Source: Obrimoposthia wandeli
Taxonomy: Eukaryota
Length of the DNA stretch: 64,000 nucleotides
Assembly (NCBI GenBank): GCA_977020255.1
Contig: CDROCS010000004.1
Span: 558,001-622,000 of the forward strand
Direction of reading: 5' to 3'
Positions within the stretch are counted from its first letter, which is position 1; each line of letters opens with the position of its first letter. The notes beneath the pieces were generated by a model. It worked only from the letters and a program-made list of their open reading frames with translations, searched no databases and was not told the DNA's origin. This document shows, one piece after another, positions 1 to 12,830 of the stretch. The position numbers were made by a program, and so were the translations under genes.

Positions 1-144
1 AGAAAATTTTAAAATGTCCCGGTTTCAGAAATACTAATGCCGTTTATTCTGAGTGGTTTAGCGTTAAGGCTATATATGAAGCTGCAAGAAGAGAAACAAT
101 GAAATACCTTTTATGAGATAACTCCTCGTACAGCATAGGATAAA

Positions 145-1158
145 TTGAAAAATATGCGACATGAAGAAAATGAATCAATTGATGAGTACATGTCAGAAAT
201 AAGAAGAATTTTAGGTAGGATTGATAATTGGGAGAGGTCAGTATTTTTGTCAGGACTACCATCTGAGTTGGCATTAGAATTGGAACGTAGTAGGCGGAAA
301 TATGTAGACAAGCTGGTTGAAATTAATCGTCGGTATTTGGCGATATCGGAAAGTAGAAGAGAGAGATCCATGTTGACAGGGAATAACACTGATCAAAGGC
401 TAGACATTTTCATAGGACGTGGTGGTATTAGTATTGATAGTGTTAATACATATAAAAATCTGAAGTGGTCAATGATGATAATGGTTCAAAGGCGGACGAG
501 AAGCGCCTTAAAAAGTCTTACAAATCATATATATGCTTTAAGTGTAAACGCTTAGAGCATTTTGCTAGATATGGCAAAATGGGAAACGATCAAGGGAGTT
601 TGTAGGCGCCAGCACTCTCCTGTTGTCTAATGTGGCATTACCAGTTTAAAAATGGAATAAAGAAAACATTCATGTAGAATAAAATGGGATCAGGTTGGCG
701 GTTAATGTAACAAAATTCAACGGTGTAAAATACGTAAGTATTATAGATTTTGGTGCGTCTCGTTTTGCGATTTGGAAAACTGTAGCTTATGAGAGTGAAA
801 ATGAGAAAAGTGCTCCAGAGTGTATTCTGTGAACGAGGATCTACAGTTGAATTGATAATAGATAATTACATTTTATTCGAAGAAGTTCGCTAACTTTTTG
901 AAAATTTGGAATTTAAGGTTAATTTATATAGCTGTTAATCGACCTAGCTCCAATGGAATTGTTGAAAGAAACCATCGCACAATCAAACAGATTGTAACAA
1001 GGTCAATGTATTCTGCTGAAGAGGCAGTTTGGTGGTATAATAATATGCCTGCCAAAAGAAAAGAGCCCCCTAGCTTGAGTATTTATAATTACAAACCAAG
1101 AGGTTTGGCAGTACAGGGATCTGATACAGATATACCAAGTAATATTGACATTATTTAA
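145..1158 (+). mobile_element. Degraded Ty3/Gypsy LTR retrotransposon (gag-like ORF plus integrase core fragments)
   Basis: ORF 145-555 is gag/capsid-like (ENESIDEYMSEIRRI). ~692-830 reads RLAVNVTKFNGVKYVSIIDFGASRFAIWK and 898-1158 reads RPSSNGIVERNHRTIK...EEAVWWYN, both matching Gypsy integrase core motifs. Stops and deletions are present. Confidence 0.75.
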
Positions 1159-2779
1159 AAAATTGTAGACCATGAATTAGTTTGGGTGAAGTCATCAATG
1201 GAAACACAATGCACGAAGCAATGGTTAAAAGGAGAAATAATTAAACAATATATTAGTTTTGAAAGTCTAAGATGAATTCCTAAGATGAAATTTAAAATAA
1301 TTAATTTAAAATAGTAAATGAATTTAATTTACTGACAAAAATCGATTTATCAACTCAATATAAACTTCAGCTTTATTTAACTTTACAGACGAACTTAGAA
1401 CTTATTAGGCATAAATTTAGGATTTATTGTATTAATAGGTATGGCGCAATTTGCATAGTTTAACTTTACTTCAACTTTATGTTATCGATTTAAAGTATAA
1501 CTAAGGTAAAAGATTCCAATTGGAGCATATTTGAAATTATACCTAATTTGTAGATCACTCTGAGAAATTTAGATTTAACTGCGTTGTCGAGGAATCAACC
1601 ACTAAGCGGTACTCAAATAGTTAAACAATAGTTACTTTGAGCTCTAAATATTTTGACTATTAATAAATTACTTATCCAATGTATTTTTGGATTTTAGAAA
1701 ACAAAGAGTTACTATCAAAATTATAAACATGCTTTATTCATTAGAGGGTTCAAATTATTCATGAAACTTTTCATTCTGTTTACGACAATAATGTATGTCA
1801 CTAAAATTAACTTACCTCTATTGCATTATGAAAAATTTGCAAGTTACAGTTAAAAGTAAAAGTTCTTCAAATGAAAGTAGCAGAGTATGGCTTATTTTGA
1901 ATCAATCTCTTGATTCTTCAGAGCATATTTTGACTACTGAGAACTTTTAATCTCGCTTCTTATCTTTATTTATTATTCGATGTTGTCTATTCAACAATTT
2001 TGAAAATTAAAGAAGCTAAATAATATTTCCTTATCTTCACCTAAACATTCAATATAAATTGTTACTGTTTCTTTCAGACTTTTTTATTTTACTAGGCTAA
2101 AACAGAATTATTTAGAGACACAGTAAATATTTAATAAATATGCAGTTTATCATACAGTATATACTCGAGTATATGTAGAATTTTAAAAACAAATTCCAGA
2201 TAAAAAAATTAAGAGTCGACTTTTACCCTACCTTAGTTTTTAATGATTAAAATTGCATTTAAAAAAGTGTAGCTAAAAAATCAATACAAAATCAATCACT
2301 ATCTTCCAGTCATTTCCTTGAACAGCATTATAAGGGGTATCAATTTCATCCAATTTATGTATATTGATGAAATCAAGACAATTGAAGATGAACAAAAATA
2401 AAACTGAGGAAATATTACTTGGAGATATAAACAGTATAAACAGTATACAAATGTTATATATATTTTGGTGAAAATATTATTCATTTAAAAAGTAAAATAA
2501 AGAAAATTGGTTATATCCTCGATGAAAATATTAAAATAAACTTTCAAAATAATACGGTGATAAGAATATGCAACAGTCAATAGCAAAACTTGTGTTTATT
2601 ATATTAAGACTTGATTTTCCCAATTCTTTACTGTTTAATATGTCAGTTTATCAATTAAATAGACTACACTTAATTTGAAATAATGTCATCAGAACCGATC
2701 AGGGGACAAGAATTAAATTCAAGATCATACTTCTTAATCAAAAAAGGTATTCTCACAAAAGCCCAAATATTTATATTAA

Positions 2780-2990
2780 CTGCAGATCGGTCATGAAATT
2801 CTCAAATAACAAACGAATTCATCGATTATTTGAAATGTATGATCTGAAATTTTACAACAGTCTACTGTTGTATATAAGAAAATGTAACAATGTTGAAAAA
2901 TTCAAGAAATAGCTGAACATTTTAGTATTCAAAAATATTAAAATGAAAAATGAAAAATGTAGGATATAAGTGCTATATTAAATATATCAA
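2780..2990 (+). mobile_element. L2/CR1-clade LINE 3' end fragment
   Basis: Shares TTTACAACA...TGTAACAATGTTGAAAAATTCAAG...GCTATATTAAATATA with the copies at ~52.1 kb and ~60.2 kb, which translate to the LINE RT C-terminus. Confidence 0.55.
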
Positions 2991-5064
2991 ATATGGCAGA
3001 ACCTAATTTGAGAAGTTTAGAAGCAGAAAAGTTGGTCTTTCAAATTGATGGTGTAATAGCTAATAGGAAAAGAGCTACAGATCTGATATCAGCACCTCGT
3101 AAAGGTCTAATCTCAAATGATATTTCCCAAACGAGAATTTCGGTCGAATTCGGAAAACTGGTACAGGAAAATGTACAATTCACACCGATATGATGGGTCG
3201 ACTATTTGGTGCAGTACAAAAAGCAGCAGTGACATTTGTTGCTGCCTGACGCCCATGAAAATGGAAATGTCTCCTCGCGACAGCATATTGTTGTTCTGGC
3301 ACACTCCAGACAGCAGCAACAGAAGCAGCAGCCATGCCCACATCAGTCGACTGACGGTTTCTGGTCAGCAGATTATATAATGAAGCAAAAAGACGGTTGA
3401 ATGCTAAATTTGCTACATTCTCTTCGAGCGAATTTGGACATTTTGTGCCATTTTTCGTGATACATTCCAGTGTAGGGTGTGGGTGTACATTTCTTCTGAC
3501 TTCTGTTGCTAAAACATTGTTAACTTAAAAGTATATTTCACATGTATTGCAAAAATATAGATCAAAGGTACAAGTGGTGCAACGATGATACAAGTAAAAT
3601 ATTTCAAAAAGTTCTCGGAAATTGATAATGGAGACACCATTTTGACATTATTTTATTATTATTACATTTTACTATACTAACCTTATCTTTACTAATATTA
3701 TTCTCTACATTTTTCTAAATGTAGCATATGTCCGGTTTATAGCTTTTCTTGTTAAATCGGTATCTAATTTAATATTTTTGAAATTATTTCATTCTGAATT
3801 AAATTAAAAAGGCACAAAATTTTAGTATTCGTTATATTATAATTTATTTATACTTTAAAATATTAATATTTGATTTTAAAACAGACACTCAATTCTGATC
3901 TAATTCTTGTTCTTATTTATTGTTGTAAAATGCAGATAAAATACGTTCAATCATTGGATTTGGAAGAATGCTATTGAAAAAATATTCATGACAATTGTAA
4001 ACGTGTGCGACTTTCCCAAAGCAACTGCCAATTAAAACATCCTTAGTAACAGTATGATAATTTAAAATTTTAAAAGATTGCCTGTTCGATTAGATGAACT
4101 GTCATTTTGATTTCGACTTATTTTTATTAAATCTGACAAAAAACAGTTCCAGAAATTCAAATTAATGTGTCAAAAATGAATTTCGTTGTTATATATATAT
4201 GCAATAGATCTTTTTAGTGATAGTAGTTAATACATATTTAGTTTTTATATTAAAAGATTAATTTTATATGCTCATTTAGGTAATATACTTGTTTGAACTG
4301 CTACTGTAGTAACAAACATATAATTGACAAATTTTAAACGATTTTATTATAAAATTATTTAATTTTTAAAAATTCTGTAATTTGCTAAAAAAATGCTGAA
4401 ATTTTACAAATTATTAAAAATTTGTTACAGAAATTTTCATGTTTTCTCACTAATATTGATGCATTTTCAGATGATTCACGAGTTTTTCTAATCATGGAAG
4501 ATTTGTCCACACAATCTTCATCTGTAGAATCACTTTAAACAATAACTGAGATAACAAAATTTTTGAATTAACATGAAAAGTTCAACTAATCAAACATTTC
4601 ATCTTCTTTATTTTCAACTTTTCAAACCATTACATGCAAAGTCAAATTTGACTACAAAATGAAAATTTTCCAACTACAGTGGTGGACAAAAAATATCTAC
4701 TCAATGATTTTGATTTTTTGTCCATTAAATTAGTTTATATTCAGCTAATAATCAAATAACTTAGTTTTGTGTATTTATTATTAACAATACAATTTTATAT
4801 GTTTTTTTTTTAATATAATTGTCGAAGAAAGATCATATGATAAGGATAGGGTTATATCAATATATGGTTTAAAATACAACAATTCGGAGATAAGCAGATT
4901 AACTTCCATTAATTTTTTTAAAGTCGAACATAATATTAAAAAAATTTATCAGTTAAAATATAGGAAGGAAAACCTAAAGTAACCAGTAAAAGAACCGATG
5001 AGACAAATAATTCGTTCCGTTATAAGAAATAATGACTAAAAATAGATGTCCAGATAAATAATCC

Positions 5065-5630
5065 AGAACTATTAGACAACGCATAAAATATGCCAAAAAA
5101 AATCCAAAATTGAACTTACAGATCTTCAAAAAAGTACTGTTTTGATTGCGGAATAAAAAATTGTTTATTGAGAAATGAACCCCCTTAAGGGGCCAAGAGT
5201 TGTTGTGATAAATGAAGCATATGTTCAACTATTGCACCAAAAAAGAAAGATGAAGAGGAGAAGATGAAGGCACATAGACTACCGTATCGATATGCCAAAG
5301 AGAAGATGGGAGATTGCTTATTTGGGTAGGTCGATTTGTTTTATTTATAACCTGAGTTAAGATAATTATTATTATATACAAATTAATTTAATTGAAAATT
5401 TAAATTCGGATATGTAAATGCTAGTTTTTGAGAATTATGCAGCTGACATTTCTTTTATAAAATAAGATCTTTCTTCAAATTGAATAAAGCGAATAATAAC
5501 TCCTCATAGAAATATTGTACATTCCATTATAAGTGGATGATGGAACTTCGAACAATTTATTGGTCAATAAAGTTATCAGATTTAAATCTGATAGAGAATG
5601 TGTGGTATACCATTACAAAAACGGTTAATG
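5065..5630 (+). mobile_element. Tc1-like transposase remnant
   Basis: IRQRIKYAKK...KKVLF* resembles the helix preceding the first catalytic D. YWSIKLSDLNLIENVW (~5548-5610) matches the Tc1 WPxxSPDLNPIENVW motif. Confidence 0.55.
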
Positions 5631-7149
5631 CATAATATACGAATGCTCGATAATTTATGAACCCTAGCGAGAATGATCAAAGAATGTTGGAATCAAATCC
5701 TCCACTCTTTCATAGACCACATAATTGGAAGCATGAATAAAAACGTAACAAAGCCCATGGATAAAAGAGAGTTCGGAATAGTTATTAGTTGTATTTTTTG
5801 GTTTTATTTTATGTATAAATAAACATTTGTAATTTAAAAAATATGTATATTTACAGTGTGATAATTTGTTTTTGTCTGCTACAATACAATGTTTTCATTG
5901 CCAAAATTAGTCAACATGTCCCTGATGTGACCATAAGTTATTCTCACAATAAATCTTCGAACATATATTGTACCAGCCGTTTCACAAGCCAAATGTTAAA
6001 TCTATGAGCATCAGAAAGGTTCAACGTAACAGAACCAACGGTACATTACTGATGCTAAAGCTGGACTATTCCAGAGTAACAAGTTCTAAGCAGTGATAAA
6101 GAATGCACTATATTTATTGTTGATATACATGTCTTTTCCACTGCTGCTGTTGGTGGTAATGGAGGTGTTTAGAAGCAGGAAAAGTCAATGGAGGAGAAAC
6201 TGCCATCTCAGAAGAGAAATTGTCACTTGGATTGGAAATTTATAAACCATAAGAGCAAAATGCAGGAGCACAGAAAAGAAGTGGCAGAGAAGCCAAGCAA
6301 AGAGAGAGAGAGAGAAAGATAGTAGAGTAAAGAACTATTCCCGAATGCAGAGTAAAGATAGTAGAATAAAATTGTTATAATCAAATATAGCAATTTCATT
6401 TGAAGAAAACAGAAATTATCTCAGCATCTATTTGCGGGGGAGGAGTATATAATCACACCGGGGGTCTAAACACTGACAGTGCTGAAAGTACAAGCTTGAA
6501 AAGAAGCATCTCAAATCCTCGACCTCAATTTCGTCTGATTTCTGAGTTACTTTCCCCAAACTCTAATTTGCCTTGTTTCGCAGCGTGAAGGAGCTGCAAC
6601 AAGTCTTCTAGCGGTATCAGCTGGTCTCTGTTTATTCTCGTCGCACTCTTTCTCTCTTTTTATCTATCAATCTAGCTATCTCTGAGATTCACAGGTCGAA
6701 CACAGCAGCATCAGAAACAGAAGCAGTAATGAGCTAGAACGATAGAAATTTGTTTGTAGAGCTCAGATGAGTGCACAATTCTCAACACGATGGTTTTTTC
6801 ATTCACGATGTGAAACTCATTATGAATGGTTTTAGGCTTTTTCTTCTTTCGTTCAGATATTTCACTGGGGAAGAATCATAGGATTTATTATTGAAAATTG
6901 CAGGTTTTTACATTGCTTTTCTGTTTTTAATGTAGAAAGTCTAGATTAGTTACGGATAGAAGAATTACATAGATAGACGCGGCTACATTATCAAAATAAA
7001 TAATTACTTTCATTTATTTTAGTATTGTGTATATAAATTTTTATTTTCTAATATCACTCATTACTCTTCATCATACATCAGAGAAACAAATCGTAATATC
7101 CACACCCACTTTATGGAAAATTATTAACAAAGAAGCAACAGGCTGATGA

Positions 7150-8230
7150 TATCCATGATAAAGACAAACAAATCGTTTTTTATTCCTTTGTGCTGGAAAT
7201 GAATCACACATTTATTTTTGCCAAATCAGTCCCAATGTTTCAATCCATACGCCTTTACCATCCAATAATGCTAAAATGGACCATATGTATAGACCAAGTG
7301 ATGACAGCAACTCCTGTCAAGGTGATGAGGATGCTTCTGTGCCAACTCCATCAGATTCTCAACTTATTACTCAGATTCAGCTTAATTTCCTTCATGAACA
7401 CAACTGAAGTAATTATATCTCATGCTCACATTAAACTAATGTCTGTTCTTCATCTACCGCATTAAACGAAAGGCAGATAAATTGATCTTTCTAAAATATC
7501 ATCTATTTTAAACATCAACAAAAAATTACATTAAAATATCCGGTTTCTGGGGAAATTCCCGTTCAATGTATAGCACAACTATAGTTTTGTTTCGTTGGCC
7601 GTTACAAATAGCACGTTCCCTACCGCAGCAATAGGTCATGACAGCCAGTAACCGGGGGTTTAGTACGATTAATTCATTCCAACCTCCCCCCACTGCTGCT
7701 ATTGCAAATGCTGCATAACCTCCAAAAGGTCGCTCGTCTTTGAGGTTTTGGCTCTATAAAAACACTATATTAATTTCCCGAATTAATAAACCGCACGTTT
7801 TAGTGCTCAGTAAATCTGTCCCTCCGACGGAGTTTAATTTTAATTATCTCATTTTTAATGTCTGCAACAAATATTCTAAAAATGAATTGCAAATTGACCT
7901 CTGATATATTCAACGGCCCACATACGAGGGAGGTCATCAATGACAACAATTCCGACAAAAATTTAAGCGAGCAGGTGCTAACGGCGTGGTGATCATTAAA
8001 ATTGACGGTAACAATATTTCAGGCAATCGTAAATCAGCTAACTTCAATGAGAATATAAATTATCCTTTGGAAAGATGTAATGCATTAGATGCAGAATGAC
8101 ATTGAAAATTAATATTGCCTGACAACTTGAGAGATATGCCTGATGTACACGGTGAAAGATTCCATCAGAAGATTTGACTATTGAAACAACGGTACCAAGG
8201 AGAATGGGAATATTGTTGATGGGAGAGAGA
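7150..8230 (+). mobile_element. DNA transposase remnant, Chapaev3(CMC)-like
   Basis: Fragments seen: YFC (~7215), SQLITQIQLN, DIFNGPHTREVIND (~7905-7945) and DVHGERFHQKI*LLKQRYQGEW (~8140-8210). These correspond to the DCYFC / GIFxGPQIR / SDEHGERFHQD...RYQGKW motifs. The family name is from recall. Confidence 0.65.
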
Positions 8231-11200
8231 ATCTATTATACAGTACAAACTACAATCCAGATCATATCAACATCTTGTCAAACAATACGTAATGAGCTAG
8301 TCGACTGATATATAGTGTATATGTAAACAAAATACTTTCATTAGGAAATAAACAACTGATGCAAAAATTTATAATTTAACATAACAAGCTGATAAAAGAT
8401 TTTGTCTAAACTAAGAATTTTTAAAAAAACTGAATGTATACAAACTTGATTTTTTGTGAATTATTAAGAATTGAAGAAGCACTTATTTTGAAAGGCCTTG
8501 TATAATCGATAGCAATTCAAATGTATACATATATGTGTTACAAATTCTGGGAACCAGCTTCAAGGACAACATAAATTGTCCTGGTCGAACAAAACAGAAT
8601 AATCAGATTTTCTCTTCAATAATTACCGTTGCCTCCACTTAATAGTTAAAACTAAAATGTCGAATAAGACTGAAAAAATTGCAAATTAATTCAGATGCAG
8701 TTTTATGGAAAATTAATTAACTCGATTGCTCTACTTCTTTAGAAAACATTGACAAACATATTTACGTAGATTTTCCTCGCATATTGTGTTGTCAGAGAAA
8801 TTCTCAATTTCAAAATACTTTTATTTAATTAACATTTTAATAGTTGAACCTCAGGGATATAATTCAAGGAAACATACACAATGTTACGACCTAGATGAAT
8901 CTGCACACACTTTTAATCTATTAGCAAATTTCCTGAATTTATTGACTAATTAACGAAAATGAAACTAATGCTTGAATAGTTCTCTTAGTACTTTACCTTT
9001 CGCAACAATTATGTAAACAAAATTAATTTATTGTCAGTATCCAAAGTTAATTAAAATTTTCTAAAGGACCAATTTTTTGCGCATATTTGCAAAAACGTCT
9101 TCCAGGCATTAACATTTCAACAGTTAGAGTAGTAAAAGTGACAATTGAACGGCATGACAGCACAAGAGCTACCCGTTCTATGTTGTGTCATCATTCCGTA
9201 GAATCGTCACTTTATTGTCGGGCTCTAATTTGCTGCTATTTTTAGATTGTTGATTCATGGACTTTAAGACTTTTCTCAAGGCTATTCATTGGTTGCAATT
9301 TTTAGATTTCTGGCATGATTTCAAAAACGAGCTACATTCAAAATTTTGCACTGAAATCAAATTTGAATTTAAAATCTAATATTTAACTTTAATAAAACAA
9401 AAAATGATTTAATTTTTTATGAAGAAAAATAATTTAATTGTACCTAAATTTTACATTTGGTGCGTAGATTGTGACGAACAATGCCGTAATAACGGGTAAG
9501 AAGAAAAGTTCGATTGTGTTGGTGAAGGAGATGATGTCAGATTATAGTCATTTGATGTTTTAAACGATGATAAAACCAGTTTTAGTGGAGTAATATGTGT
9601 TATTTGTAATACAATGTTGGTGAAGGTCTTGTGCTATTTTCTTTACCCAAAGGCCTAGATGGATAAAACATTTAATCAATTTTATCCGAAATTGAACAAT
9701 TGTGATTTATTTGAACTTCTTGTTTTAAGAATGGTTATGTCGAAAAACTGGTTTAAAACGTTTTGAAATAAATAAATTAAATTAAACTTTTTGTGCTCGA
9801 AATCTTGGGGACTCATGTAATTTTAGTCTGAAACTGTTGGGTTACGTTTTTCTATAATAGTATGTATGATGTATGATTTCGGTTTTTTAATGAATTTTTG
9901 AGTAGATTAAGGCTCACAATGAGTTTCTTTTAGTCTTTATTCCTAAATGTTCCATAGTAATTTTTGACACAAAATTTTGAAAATTTAACAATTGAAACAT
10001 TTCATAATTCCGTATTCGAAAATAAACATTTGAAGAATAGGACTAAATTCTGCGTCACTATTGTTTTTTATTTATAAAAATATGTTTAACTTTTAGTATA
10101 TGGAAAATATTTATTATAACCCAATCAAACTAGTAATCAAATTGTACATTACTTTTATCGAAATTTTAAGTAATGCTCTGAATTTATTACTCAATTTATC
10201 AATTAACAAAAATCATCGATATTCCTTCCATTATAGAAATTTTTTGTTACAGCTATTACTGCTCCAGATATTTGAAAATACCCACTCCAATCTTGGTTAA
10301 AAAAGGGAAAAGAAAGAGACAGGAACAGAGCTTGAATGAGTTGAATATTCAATTCCTGATGTTTATTCTGTCAGCCTGGAATTCAGGGTACCTGGAGCTG
10401 ACTGTGGGATGAAGGCAGGACGATATGTGGAATATTTGTCCAGTTGCTGAGTGCAACAATGGTAAGGGAGTGAATTTGATGAGCTGCCTGGGATATGCAT
10501 TCGGGAGAAGGGCTTTGTTTGATCAGCACTGACAACACTGGTTGTGAATTACCAGTCCGATGTGCAACTTGCCAAATGTTGTCTCTTCTTCATCTTCTGG
10601 AGGGACTTCCCAAATAGACACTACATGAGCTTACTTCTTAGCAGAAGAAAACAACAATACAGTGACCAGTTAGCCATGCACTTGATATTTTCTGATTTCT
10701 GATAAACATTATGGAAGTCCATACTATAGATGAGAAAACCTGAGATTTTCTGATTTTGATATTTAGATTATAAAATTAGATGCTTTTTTTGTAACAGTCG
10801 TGAGAAAAAGAAATATTTTCAAAGTGCTAACAAGGAAAAATACTCTATTGAAAACACTTAAATTCATTGGTATAGGTTTTATAGCTAAAGAGACAATATT
10901 CATTTTTCATTTAATGTATCTTATAAAGGAGAAAACTTGTAAAATAAATTGGTGAGAAGCTTGTTTTAATTATAACTATATTCAACTTTTATTATAATGT
11001 AATAAAAAATAATTCAGAATTAAAAGATAATTTTATATGATTTATTCCAATTAATAAAAAAAATTAATTTAAACTAATTTATTAAAAATAACGTGATAAA
11101 TTTAATATTTAGGTTATTTAATTTCGTTCTAAACATATCTCAAATTCTAAATAATTTTTTTAAAATTGAAATAGTGTTTGCTAAACTTATATATTATTAG

Positions 11201-12534
11201 ACTAATAAAGTAACATTACTTTTCATAAATAAGCTTATAGTTAAACCTGTTAAGCACCGATGTACTATATAAATATCATGTTAATTTTCTTGAATAAAAA
11301 TGTTTCATTGTTAAACTTCATAATATTATATTAATATTTAGAAGGTTAACTAAATATGTGATAATAAAATTAAAAATATAAAATTCATAACCAATTTCTT
11401 AAATAAATTTTTAAAAGTTAGATTTATAGATATTTTTAAAATTGTAACTTTTGAATAATTAAGTATTTTCTATATCAATCTATTTAGAATAAAAAACTGA
11501 GGAATATAATGAATATTACGGCTACATCTTAGATAGATAGCTCTTATAGATTTAGAATAAATACTTATTTTTTATTTCATTTACTATATATAATAGAGTT
11601 GCGAAAAAAGTTAACTTTTGTTTAGATATTACTATTTTCTAAATATTCATATAACTTAAAATGTCTAAATTTAATTTGATTTCTGATGCTATTTCTCAGT
11701 TAAAGACAAAAGATATTGATGACATGTAGTTGGAGAGGAACTAAATGAAAACTATCAATGTATTAGAGACGTTCTTGGAACCATATAAATTCTCAATATT
11801 TCAAATCCACCCAATTCTTCCATACATTTTTAGGAAGATTGTTAAAGAAAACGACAAATTATATCCTCTTTCTAGGATTATCAGACGAAAAACTGAAGAA
11901 TGTTTAGATCAATTATGTCAGAAGTTGAAATTGCTAATATATTTTGATACAAATATTGATGCAACTTTTACTTTTTCAGCAGATGGTGTTTTTTAATATG
12001 GCAATCATAAAAATAAGTATTATTATTTTATATTTAACCGTGCTTAACGAGTAATAGTTGAGTTTTAGATAAATTGGTTTCTGGGAGGAATATTTTTCAA
12101 CTACAATTTCGATCTATGCTCACTACTTAAATTTTTAAATACTTCACCATAACTTCACCATAATATAAATTGTTAATTAGTCAAATTGATACAAAATAGT
12201 GAAAACTCTTTAATTCATTGTATCAAGGGGTCTATTTATATGTGTATATACTATCACAAACATTTATGCGAGAAATGATTTCAAGCTTACCATAATATAC
12301 AATATACATTATTTTATGTTTAAAAAGTGTATGCATTCATTGTTTGATATTGTTTTTCTTTTATTACTTATTAATTATTGTTTATTTTATACTATGAAAA
12401 TGGGAAGATGAAATGCTATCAATATAACATTTTAGAATTAAATTTTATGATATAGGAACAACATAGTCAAATTTCACATCTATTGAAACATAAAAAGGTT
12501 GGCACGATTTATTGCCACAAATTTAATTTGCTAT

Positions 12535-12830
12535 AAATGCAACAGTAAATACTTCTTCAAAACATTCACCGTATGAGGTCATTTTTTGAAGAAAAATAAC
12601 AATTCAATCATCAAATGCAACAAGAAACAATAAAGTAAATATCATTCAAGACGTAAGGAAGAGCCAACAAATCGCAGCTGAACATTTAGGGAAGTTAGAT
12701 AATGAAAGAAGAGGAGAAAGGATATTTGAAGTAAATGAAAAGGTACTTGTTAAAAAGTACTCAATTAAAAGAAGCAAGAATAGTGATCAGTATGAAGGCT
12801 CATATAGAATAATATTAAATTTTTAGTCCA
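12535..12830 (+). mobile_element. Gypsy integrase C-terminal fragment
   Basis: NATVNTSSKHSPYEVIF*RK and FEVNEKVLVKK...DQYEGSYRII match the YN..HS.T..SP.E..FGR and GPY/F motifs. Confidence 0.6.
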
